Shown here: piece by piece, positions 1 through 11,860 of the stretch | How positions within the stretch are numbered: the stretch's first letter is position 1 | How the letters are laid out: each line of letters starts with the position of its first letter | Assembly: GCA_964057225.1 (NCBI GenBank) | Contig: OZ059896.1 | Coordinates: forward strand, 11,098,001 to 11,162,000 | From: Auanema rhodensis | Taxonomy: Eukaryota > Animalia > Nematoda | Direction: 5' to 3' | DNA length: 64,000 bases | Translations under genes and position numbers: made by a program | Notes under the pieces: model-generated | Database searches by the model: none | What the model saw: the letters and a program-made list of their open reading frames with translations, nothing else | What the model was told of the DNA's origin: nothing

Positions 1-1323
1 TTGTGGTCACACGTGCCTTTAGCCTGTTTGGGTCACAAAAATCGTTGAAACTGTTTCGTTTCCCTATCTCCTCTCCCTCTCTTTCTTTCTCTCCGTTTGC
101 ACATGTACAGCATTTATTCTCTTTTCTTCATGCAAATCAGTAAATTATATAAACCATAAAGATGAATTAACAAACATCTTTATGAATATATAATTATTTT
201 TTTTAAATATAATGTAAAGTAAATTAATTAATTAAAATGAAGATTTTTTCTTTCTTTCATTTATATTATTAATGGTTAATTCATACAATCATTTATTCTT
301 TTGGAATAATTTCAAATATTCTGTCATTCAGCAAGAGGTTCTCTCTCTTAGTTTTGTTATATGAAGTCTAATGTCTATTTGAATTTACTTGCTTTTCCTA
401 AAATGACATATTTACGATGTGATGTCTCCAATGCCCTAACCTCTTCTTTGTTTTCTATGTTCGTCTCATCTCTCCTCATTATCCATTTTCTATTCCCTTT
501 TCTCCCAACAGCTACTACAGCTTGCCTTTTATAGCGAACAGTTAACGAGCCTACGACTCTCATGTTAACTAAGTGTTTTATTTTTATTTTCGAAAGTAAG
601 TAAATGCTTACAACTTTCTAATATGAAATAGAAATTACTTTGACTGTACTCTGTTTATCCTTACTTTTCGTTTTATCTGATATTCTGAAATTCTGTTTAA
701 AGTTACGTTGCTGCAAAGAAAAATTTGTTAGATTTTGGAAAAAGAAGTTTAACTAACCCAAAAATTCGTAAAGGCTGTTGGGCTTGTTTAAACTGACTGC
801 AGTTGCAAAACGACCTTGTAGTAGTTATTCATCTATTTGGAAAGAAAATATATTCACCCCTTTGATCGCTTTTCTTTATTTCTTTCACAAATACTCATAG
901 CTCGTCTTCATCCTGCTTTTCCATTTTATTTGACTGCTTTTGCACTGTCAAATAGCTTTGGTTTTTCGTCGTCAGCAGCCTCATCAACATCATCATCCTC
1001 GCAGCGAACCATCTTCGACGTCACCAGTATTCTGTTTCTCATTCCTTTTCATTCATTGAACATATTCAATCCCCTCGTTCAGTTTTTCTCTCATGCTTAC
1101 CATCTATACTCTCCATTGTATTTACAGTCTCTAACTGTAGCTATTATCCCCCCCCATCCCCTGAAGAAGTCAGTTCCTCTTTCAGTTTCTGGATTGAAGA
1201 TTGAGTCAGCAAAACCGAAAAACGACTTGTCTGTCCTACTCATCTTAGCCAACATAGTTAAAAATGCGTACATACATATATGCGCTTATATGTTCAAGGA
1301 AAGAACATTTTTACGAGACTGCT

Positions 1324-1395
<72 letters not shown>
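1324..1395. repeat. (ATC)24 microsatellite
   Basis: Perfect trinucleotide run. It explains the poly-H/I/S/M ORFs in the track. Confidence 0.97.
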
Positions 1396-2009
1396 TTCTT
1401 CATCAATAGCTGTTTGCAGGGTTTATTTTTGCCTCTTATACCAAGATCATGGAATTTGTAGTAAAACATGGCTATTGGACTAATTCTCTCGTATTCACAA
1501 TTTTTACACAACATTAGCCAATATAAATTCAACCCGGCTTGATCTGAACATCTGACGATGATGAAGGGCAAGAGAGGTGGACTCGTGCTGTTATGCACCA
1601 GCTGCCAACATATCCTCAAAATTAAAGTAAAACTATATTTCTCTACAAGTTCTATGAAATGATTTTTTTTCTCTTTCTTTTTCATCTTAAACATCCATAT
1701 ATTCTTGGCTATATCTTCAATTTGTTTGAAACTTGTCTCCTACGTCGTCGTTAACTACCACGTTCAGTAGAGACGTAGAGCAGACTCTGCTGTCTCATGC
1801 CTGGCCTCTCTGCTACTAAACATAAAAAACAGGAGGGAGAAAGAATCGAATAGTAGAGAGAAAATTATAAAGATAGATGAGAGTATAGCAAGAAAGAGAA
1901 CGAGAGCGAGAAGCTCTTAACTAAGAGCCCATGTCATAGCTAAAACCAGATTTGGCAGTTCCGGAATCGAAATATGGTCATTTTTTAACGTTGAAAGTAT
2001 TATATATTA

Positions 2010-2047
<38 letters not shown>

Positions 2048-4075
2048 CTATATATAAATTCGAGATTAGTTATTACTGATAAACTGTAATACTATAATTC
2101 TGATTATTTACCTTCCTTTTTTTACCTAACTATTACCTTTCAACAGAGTCAAATGAATAATCAACCATTCGCACTCATCTCAAATCAGGCCAACCAACAA
2201 GCCAGGTCTAGTCTCTTTCAATTTGGAGATCAAATCATATGAAAGGAAAAAGAAAAAGAGAGAGACAGTTGGGGGATGTGTGGGAGTATAGCCTATCCTA
2301 TCCTAGTATTCCTCTTCTTAGATTATACTAGATATGTTGCCCATAAAGGAGGACAGAACGGTCTATGGGCAAGCCTAAATGTTCTCAGAGATTATATCAA
2401 ATGAGGAGAGTAACAGATATAAACACACTGACCAGATACTCGCCTCCTTCTAAACCTCCTCCTCCTTTCCCTCTATTTCTCTGGCATACTCTTACCATTT
2501 TGTGATCTCTCATTTCAGTTACGGCATTGATCAGACCTCTATTGCTGTCTCTCTCATTTCATCTCTCTTATATTCATTCACCAATTCCTCATCTCTCATT
2601 TGCTCTCATTTTCTTTACCACCCTCTATCTCTCTCCATATATATCACGTTTGACACGGGGACACGCTAGCGCCACAATTATTCTTGTACATCGATTGATC
2701 TTACTTCTCAGATCCTCTTCTACTCCTCCCCCTCTCTTCCTCTCCACCTATCCCGTCAAATCCATTTATATCCATGTTATTCTGTGTTCATACCTTTTAT
2801 GGTTGTTCACATAAGACAATTACATCTCTTTAATTTTATTTATAAAACATTTAATTTGAATATTCTTTATTAATTAAACTTAATTATATGATATATCTTC
2901 ATATATTACTAGTATTTTCATGATATATTGCATAGTAATTCTGAAATTTGTTTGAAATTTGCTTGAATTTTGAAAAAAACGGTAACGGAATATTTGAAAA
3001 TTCCCTCTCTCTGTAGTTCTATAATCTATTCAGAAGGTAAGTTGAACCTTCTTCTCATGGCTCTTTTTCCACTTTGCTCAACTTGCAATCGATGTCATTC
3101 TCGTTCCTCGCCTCTCTTGTATCCGCTTCCAGTCACCAGGTTGTGTTTTATTCTAACCTCTCAACTACCCCCTCCCTATCTCTATTTCTCTCATCCTTTT
3201 CATTCTACTTTCCAAGTATCTGACCTTTACTTGGCAAGTTTTGAAACATATTAGTCAATGAGTCTCCAACTATTGGAATAGAAAATGACAAAGATATAGA
3301 TATAACTAGTTGAACTAAAAGTAAAAAAATTGACACATAGTAAAGAGTTTGCATAAATGTTTTTCCCATTTCACCCTCCCAAAAGAAAAATGAATAGATG
3401 AACAAGCTATTTCACACCTTGTCCTTTACTAATTAGATATCTAACTTGTTTTTAAAAAAAAATTTTCTTTTAATTTATTTGTCTTCTTGACCACACAATA
3501 TGTTAAGATTAAATCAGTTTAATGTTTCTCTCGTTACACATTCAAGAAATGCTCAAGTTTCCAGTAGAAGAACAAGAAAATTTTACCTTTTAAGCTTAAA
3601 AACATTTTGAATATTTCTTAACTATTAATATTTTGTATCTTTTCTAACCCTCTCATGATCAGATATAATCGATATTTTCGCGCCTGAATATTTGAACGCA
3701 ACGCCAGTTCGGCCTCCGTTGTCCCTTCATTGTTTGCAAATGGAAGTCACTGATGCTCTCTTTCTTCTTCACCGTTTCTCTACTCTTATTTTCTCTAATT
3801 CTCTTTATACAAAGTAATGAATGTTAATCTATAACATCTCTCATTACCTTCCCCTATTTCGCATAGGGTCGTCCTCCTCCTATGCTCTCTCAATCTATCT
3901 GTTTCTGTCTGTATGTCTGTTGTCGATTGGTCTCCTCTTCGCCTTATGTATATGAAAAAAGAGAATATGAACGATTGAGAAACAAATGAGAAATAAGGAG
4001 AATAATCGAGCAGTGAATGAGTGATTGAATGAACAGTTAGCTTGTAATCTAGTTCGTGGGCGAACATTAAGCTTT

Positions 4076-4078
<3 letters not shown>

Positions 4079-4117
<39 letters not shown>
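4079..4117. repeat. (CT)n microsatellite
   Basis: Directly visible. Confidence 0.95.
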
Positions 4118-4119
<2 letters not shown>

Positions 4120-5569
4120 ATCATCTCACCTCATGATCAACTATGTGTTTCATGATTCAGATCACTGATTTCATAATTTATCTGAATATACATATATTCC
4201 ATTATCTTAATAAAGTTCTTATGTAATTCTTTCATTATTCTCATTTTCTGCTAACAATCAGTTGATCTATAAGCAGGACTAAGTACATGCTAAGTGCCTA
4301 GCTCTGTTTTCTCATTTATCCTCCCATATTGGCAGTTCGTCTTGTGGCTACAGGAGTAAAGAAGCAGCTACGCCATGTTCCATGGTTCCAAAACATCTCA
4401 TAAGATTTTTTCGGATAGAAATTAGTAAACAGTTTTAAAACTGCTACTGCTACTACTAAAATTGAAGAGATTCGTTAAAACAGTGACCCGATTTTTCGAT
4501 TAAATCACCTGGATGTTTTTCCGACTAACTGTCAAACAACAACATCATAGTTATTCCTTCATCATATTTATTTCTTTTTTGCATTGCTTGGAGACGAGAC
4601 CGATCATCATGTCGCCGTCGACGTCATCAGCATAGTCGCTTCGTTTTTCTCTACTGTTTCCAATTGTAGCGTACATGTTCCATTCATCTCATACTCTCTC
4701 ACGGTCGTCTTCTCTTCAATCATCTATATCATTCCCCCATTTCTCGTTTTAGTCTTTTCTGCCGAAAAGGAAGTCGGCAGGCAAAAAACGTCTGTTGCTG
4801 TCCCAAGAGCTGGTTCGTTGTCGTCCGCGTGCCAGTCGATCCTTTCCCTTCAACTGTCTTATGCCATGGCCCTATCTATCAGTCTTTTATTCGCTTTCAA
4901 CCTCCACTTTTCACTCTCACCCCATTCTAAACATACAATCTTTCAGTTTTCCTATCCTTTTTCCGTCATCTACATCACCTTCTATTGCAATTCGGCTGAA
5001 CAGTAAAGATGTTGTGAATCTACTGCTCAATACGTTCATGACTCAAATACTTAGAAAGTCCTAGCTTATTATCATTCGTCTTCAGCTATCATTTTCTTGT
5101 TGTTAGTGCATTCTATTCGTTCTCGATGTTACTACTCGTAGTCGTACTCATTGATGTCGATTGCAGTTAGCGACATGTCGTACCACTATCTATAGATATA
5201 TAACAGTTAATAATTTTCAAATAAAAACTGAACATAGATATTTGAATATTCCTTCTTTTTATCGTTATTATCATCATCTTGCGTCTTTTTTTTTCAAATG
5301 CACCATCTTGTATTATTTTGTTCCAACTCCATTCCATGTGCCACTTACATGTTTTTCTTACTAACATCAAACAGCCCCACGAGCAACACACATACACACA
5401 GCACAAGCAGTTGATCCATTTGTGTGTTTCGTTCTCTGTGTATGTACGTATGTCTCCCTCTCTCTCGTCTTTTCCTTCTCTTCTCGACAAGGCTTTAGCA
5501 ATCTGAACATATTGATTTCCTCGACACGCACTGTTCATAGCCTCTTCCCTACCATCCCATCCTCCCTCA

Positions 5570-5570
5570 C

Positions 5571-5601
<31 letters not shown>
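5570..5601. repeat. (CAT)n microsatellite
   Basis: Directly visible. Confidence 0.93.
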
Positions 5602-5602
<1 letters not shown>

Positions 5603-5982
5603 ACAACATCATACACTCTACTCTTCTACTAATTCCCACACTTAAGCAACCATCTCGCTATCCTCCGATTCTTTTCTCTATTCGTTAACTGAACAAACGG
5701 TCAGCAGCATAGTGTACATCAAACATTTTCACCTCTTTCTCAATCAGTTAGATGACTTTACCCTTACCCAATAAAGTTTTTCCTATAACCCGTTTTCTCC
5801 AGAAATCAACTAAGACTACTAACGAATATCTATCTCTACATGAACTTTCCCTCCCTTTTCATCTAAATTAGTTTCTTGTTTAGTTTCTTCACCAACTATA
5901 TCTGGCTTATATGTTTTGAATATTTATTTCTACTCTTTAAATGATTATTTGCAGATTACTACTCCATTTCCAAAACTGTTTC

Positions 5983-6026
5983 TTAATGTTTTCGTCATAA
6001 TCATGAGATCATGGTGAAAGTGTTAG
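5983..6026 (+). ncRNA. bantam/miR-81/82-like hairpin with only a 4-nt loop (possible pseudo-miRNA or atypical precursor)
   Basis: TGAGATCATGGTGAAAG (6004-6020) matches miR-81/82 UGAGAUCAUCGUGAAAG at 16/17. There are 16 contiguous pairs between 5983-5998 and 6011-6026 (6 G-U), plus 3 more pairs. Confidence 0.4.
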
Positions 6027-6400
6027 CCCATGCTTATTTTTATTAATTTTTACGTAAACACCTGCGTATATCTTCGAGTTTTAAAGATTTTCCTTTTTTT
6101 TTTCATACCCTGATTTATAATTAATCTTTTTTTATATATATAGATAGATATAGACAGCTATCATCTGTTATATAGCTATCTATATAAGCCTTTCTAGTAG
6201 TTATTGCAATGACTAACCGGTAAAGGTGGTTTCGATCGTGAAAAGCAGTCGTCTTGTACAATTGTTTTTCTAATATAGTATAAACTTCTTGCAGTAACAT
6301 AATGCTTGACTGGCGGAGCTGTCGCTGTATGCTTCTTCTAAAACATTTGAGCATTAAGTTCATCTATCCTTTGAATTCTTATTTCGTTCTAGTGAACATC

Positions 6401-6438
<38 letters not shown>

Positions 6439-9400
6439 CTTTTTCGTTTGCTATTTCTCTATCAGACTTGTGAACTATCATATTTTCTTATCTGTTTCAT
6501 GGGTTTGTAGAAGAGCATGGAATATCATGCGTACGTCCAGTAGTTTATCCTGTTACCATGATCTCCCACTCCACGTCTCTGCTCTTTTTAGTTGAAATCA
6601 TGAAATGCATGAAGGGTTCATGTGTGTATTTAAAATGCTGTTCAGATCTTTATATTCTTTTCCAACTTCACAGTATTTCGTCTTCCGTTTTTTCTCGTTT
6701 CTCTTTCTCCTCAATATTTCTCATCTTGTTGCTCTCTTTTCTTCCTCCATTTCTTCCTATTACTGCTGGGTTGGTTGCAAAACATGGCTTCTTTGCTTTC
6801 TCCATGTTGTCTCACAGCGCTAGGCCAAAATAGACTTATTATTGCCTGCTGATCTGACATCGCCAACTGGAAAAACAGAAGGCGCGAAACGACAACGACA
6901 TTGCTGAGAGTAAATTTGGAAGAGTGTTGGGTGGCCTCTTTTTACTTTTTACTCTTCCCTTTTTCTTTTTTTTTCTTTTTTCATTTTTTGTCATTTAACT
7001 GTAAATAATATTATTTTCCTATTTTCTTATAATTTATCAAGCATACTATCCCAACGTCCTATTATTATTCTTTCATTATTACTTTTTTTTTATCGCTAAA
7101 ATCTTGTCTTGACGATCTTTCTCAATCTAGTAACTTCAGCGAGCTGCTAGACCTCTCTCTATCTCTATATGAATTTCAAAAATTAGAACAAAAGCAGATA
7201 TCTGCTCACATTCGTCTTAATGTATTTGCTTGGAAAAATTGATTTATTATTTTTTTTTGAGACCGAAGAGGCAGCCTTCCGTTTTTTCTTATTTATTGAT
7301 ATTTCGGAAGAAATAAAATGAGGGAGAAGACAATGACTAAACTATACACGCATTGCATTCAATACATGCTAGCTTAAAAATACTAGCTTTGTTTGAAAAA
7401 TCTTAATTTATGGCATCTAATATACCTTAGATTATTTATATAAAGAAATTGGTTTTTCAGATTTTTTTTTCTGAGAACATATTAGTATTGTCATATCTTT
7501 TCAAACTTATCCGATTTTTGCCTTCTTACTAAATTTAATTAAGCTATACGCTTTGCGAAGTCGGCATTTTGAAAGTGTTCTTCTCAATGTTATTTTTCAT
7601 CTAACTATCCGTATGCTTCTTTCCCTCTCCTAATGTATGTCGTTTGTTCAGAACGAAAAAAAATGCGTAAAACAGAGGGATAGAGAGTGAAAAAAGTTTT
7701 TATCTTTTCTTCTTTTTCTGCTTCTCATCGGTATTGTAAGTAAATTGAACTTATGAGTCTGCACATCGAACCCTTACCATTAGAATGAGAAACAAGCAAA
7801 TAATGTATTTGACATTTTCTCAATCATCAATCTTAAAGATTATAAATTTTGAGAAAAAAAATTTTTTTTTCAAAAATTTCTTCAGTTATTTCAATTTCAT
7901 TGCTTATATTATCTGCGCTGTTTTTTTCGTTTGCTGTCATTCCAACTAAAAAGGCTCTATTTCATCGTTTAGTCTCTACCCATATCCACTATACATATAT
8001 AAATCTTTCAGCTTTGAATTGAAATAGTATTCTAATTTCTAACGTCAAACATCCGTGGGCACTTGAGAGATGAAGCTTTATTTCATATAGTGCAGTTGAT
8101 GATGACTGGTTGAACTTTCAATTGTTTTTCATATTTTTCTTTTCGGAGATTTTGGATTGGAAGAAAAAAAAATTCAATCTGCTACATTTTTTCTTTCGTT
8201 TATCACATTTTGTATTTCAATACCTTTTGGTATGATATGGAATATAAGCGTTTTTTGTCCTTTTTTGGTGCATTTGTCAACTGATTGAATTTGATTCTTC
8301 GTATTTTGCTATTCTACATTCTTCTTTGTGATATCTCGTATCTTCTGTACTTTTTAAGGAAAGAAAAGCAAAACGAAAATATTAATTTAGCCATCTTAAA
8401 TCTTTGAATTATTGAAGGGGGGGAGGGGAGGGTGGTAAGCTGCAGTATAATGATTTCATCTTGTAGTTTAAAAAATATTGAACGAATGTTGTATATGAAT
8501 AGTTTTTTTTTTCTTTCAAGAGGCAATAACCCACGAGAATGCCAAGAAGAAAAAAAACTGAATTATTGTATTACAAAGGTCCGTTAAATAGTATTCCAGC
8601 TTCATATCTATATTGATTTTTCTCAAAAAGCTTCCCCCTTTAACATTATCTGTTAGCTGTTTTTTTCGTGTTAATGGAGATTGGTTAATTCTATATTTTA
8701 TCAAACTATTCAACATCCTATCAACTCTTATCAGTATGTTTCCTAATATTGTTCATCAATTGATTTCAAGTTTTCCATTACTTTTTTTCTACTCCAAAAA
8801 TATTTTTTAATACTCGTCTTTATTCCGGAAAAAAAAAGAGTTTAATCAACAGCACCTTGCCTTTTTTTTTTGCTTCAAATAAAAATAAAAGGAAGCTTAT
8901 CATTTTGCTATAATATTCATTATTTAGAAAGATTTTTTGATTATGTTCATTGAAAAATAGGCTTTACGTTGTTTTATTTTACGAGAAAAAATAGAAAGCG
9001 ACGGCTCACAGCAAAACAATTTGTGTATGACTATGAAAAGTTGTCTAATTTTTGATCTTCATCATTGTCTCATTAAATTTTTGAAAACAATGTTCAAATT
9101 TTGTGATATAGTTCCTACCAAACTGAATGCTCATTTTCAGTTTTTTTTGTTCATATCAAATACAACGTACCCCCTCCCTTCCCCTCCCCCTCTAGCATCT
9201 ATACTCCTGTATTTTCATGATAGTAGCCTGATAGCTTGTATTCGTTTACATACTTTGTAGCAACTAGAATTTGAAGAGAAATATTGAATTTTGCATATTA
9301 TTTGTAGTGCTTAAAGATATCTCATCTGTTTCAAAAGGTTTCAAGTTTTGATTCAATTGAAAAAAACTATAGATATATTGATCAAAAAGGTGCAGACCTA

Positions 9401-11155
9401 CTAGTTGCTGTCAGATGTTGTTCGATAAAAGGTCGTTGCTTTCTTTACAAAGGACAAACTGAAAAGCAGCAGAGAGGATTGAGATAGTGAAGGATGTATA
9501 TACAGATTTAGGATAAGCTTGTGACTTATTCAACTTAAGTTATATGAGAGAAAGAAAGACAGAAGTTGGAATGTTGAGGAAGACAGAAATGGAGTAGATT
9601 TGCGAATATGAAATAAAGCGGAGACATTGAGAAAAGTTTTTAGTTTTCTTTCTTATAAGCGTGCCAGATACAGATTTTCTCGAAGACTTTCATTCTTAGT
9701 ATCATACGTATTAAGGAGTTATATGTAAATTTAGCAATTATGAAATGTATGATCAAGCCTCTTCTCTAGTCATCTCTTGCTCTGCCATATACATTTCTTC
9801 AAATCAATTGTTGGCGCTTTTCTCTCTCTCCCTCTCTCTCTCTCTTTCCCTCCCTCTCTCCCTCTCTCTTATTCTTTCTTTTCTACTCCTGCACTCAATT
9901 TGGTCTTTCTTTTCCTTGTGCTGCTTGACGAGTTGGGTGGCTGGTGGACTAGCATCTTGTTGGTTTAAAGTCTGCCCTTTCTGCACCTCTCTATCTCGCT
10001 CATTCTTTTAACATGTTTTTTTCTCTTGGTTTTTCCCGAAATCACCTAAAATACGAAATAAAATTAAGAGGCATGATGTTTCTTTTTGTTCCATTTTTAA
10101 GAAAAAAAAATGAAAATATTCAAAAAAATTATTATTATTAAAAGTTATGTATGTTTGATCTTTAAAATATTATGCATTTACCAGAACAATAAAACAAACG
10201 AGAGAGAGAGAGGGAAAGAGAGAGAGAGAGAGTAAGAGAAATAGAGTTAGAGAAAGATGGAACAAGAGAGCACTAAGTGTACCTCCCTGATGTTGTTAAT
10301 CAATCCACCATCTCATTTGCCTTTGCCATTTTCCGTTTTTGTCTACCCACCCTCCAATCTCTGTTCTCGTTTTTTCCCATCTGCTTGCCTGGGAGGTTTT
10401 TCTGTTTTCGCCTGGTCTCGCATTCCACATTCCATGTATCACAACTACCAGCAAAAGACAAGAAGTTAACTATTCTTTTCTAATCTATTATTGAACGATT
10501 TATAGTTCACTAAATTTCATTTTTCAAAGCTGTTAGCTGTTGCTTCATTTATTGATATAAACTAAAGTTTAAATACTTAATAGTGATAATCTTAGATCAG
10601 AGAATAGAAGTAAAAATTTAGTAAAAAAGTTTTTTAATGAGCAGAATTATTGGTATGAAACTAAAATGGAGCATCTTTATAATTAAGATTAAAGCTATAT
10701 ATTCTGAAATAATATGTTTGAGATCATGAATCCATCGTTCTTTTGTTTAGGTTTTTTTCCATTTTATATTATTGATTCTATGACGGATACAAGTATAGTT
10801 TGATAATAATGTTCTTTGAATTTCGGTACCAAGTTCTTTTCTTTTCTTTTTCTTCTTCTTTGTATCGTTTTGATTCTTTTTTTTTGAGGATTTCTATAAA
10901 ATATATTGAATGGTCATCACTGCTTGTCATTTCAAGGCTCAATGCAAAGAGTGTTTCCTAACATTTTTTGAGCTGATGTCAAAACACCTAGTAAAAAATA
11001 ATTAAAATTGCGCTATCTAGTAACTTTTTGTGAAAAAAAACAAGCATATTGTTTGAAATAACAACAATATTTTTTTTGTTTGAAGTTCAACATGTCTTGT
11101 ATTCGAACCTCGCTGAATTTAGTTCCAACTGGGCTTGAATTATTATTATTATTTT

Positions 11156-11199
<44 letters not shown>

Positions 11200-11860
11200 T
11201 ATTTTATCATCCTTACGCTAGTCCAAATTATTCTCTCACTTGTTCATTTTTCTTCTACTTAATCTAACATGATCCGTGTTTCAAACTATTGCTTCGATTC
11301 CAGTCGTTGCTAGGACACAACAGCTTCTATTTTTCTTTCACCCCTCCCCTCTCTTCTCTTTGCCTCTTCTCTCTCTTCCTCCCAGTCTCTTTATTATTGT
11401 TCAAGCAGTGCATGTTTACCAGATGAAAAATGTTTGGATCCTCTAACAGAATGAACGAGTTAAGAGTTGAAGTATAATAGCTTATCATCTACTATTTAAC
11501 TCTCAAAATAATTATGTATCATCTTTTCTTTTCTCTTTTCATTTATTTTTCTTTTCATTTTGTACAATTTTTTTTCATTTTTTCAACTGAAAAAAACTAC
11601 TTTTTTACAATTTTATTATTTACCATTTACATATATTTATACTAAAAAAATTATTTCGTTGCCATGCATGCCTCGCGTATCGCCTTCATCCGTTTTTATT
11701 TCATTTGTTCTTCTTGTTACTACGTTCTTTTTTTGTTTGAACCTTTCTGCTTGTTTTATCCAACTAATTTTAATCAAAATTAATTTTAAATTTGAAAAAT
11801 ATCTCTTTATTCGTTAAGTTATATATCATTTGTTTTACCTGAAATATTTTCAGTGGTACT

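Noticed and set aside
837-1694. Long ORFs with poly-His/Ile/Ser/Met
   Set aside because: They are created by the (ATC)24 microsatellite and T-rich sequence, with no splice or codon support.
1913-1928. GCTCTT-AACT-AAGAGC hairpin resembling a histone stem-loop
   Set aside because: Loop and flanks do not fit the consensus and there is no histone ORF.
2337-2378. 9-bp stem followed by AAGCCTAA, resembling a telomerase RNA template for TTAGGC
   Set aside because: Only an 8-mer, which also occurs at 14195. No pseudoknot or H/ACA domain could be identified.
6302-6340. MLDW as a possible ZMIZ1 N-terminal domain exon (LLDWC)
   Set aside because: Flanking residues do not match and there are no suitable splice sites.
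10719-10740. Third TGAGATCATG bantam seed match
   Set aside because: No well-paired arm at precursor distance.
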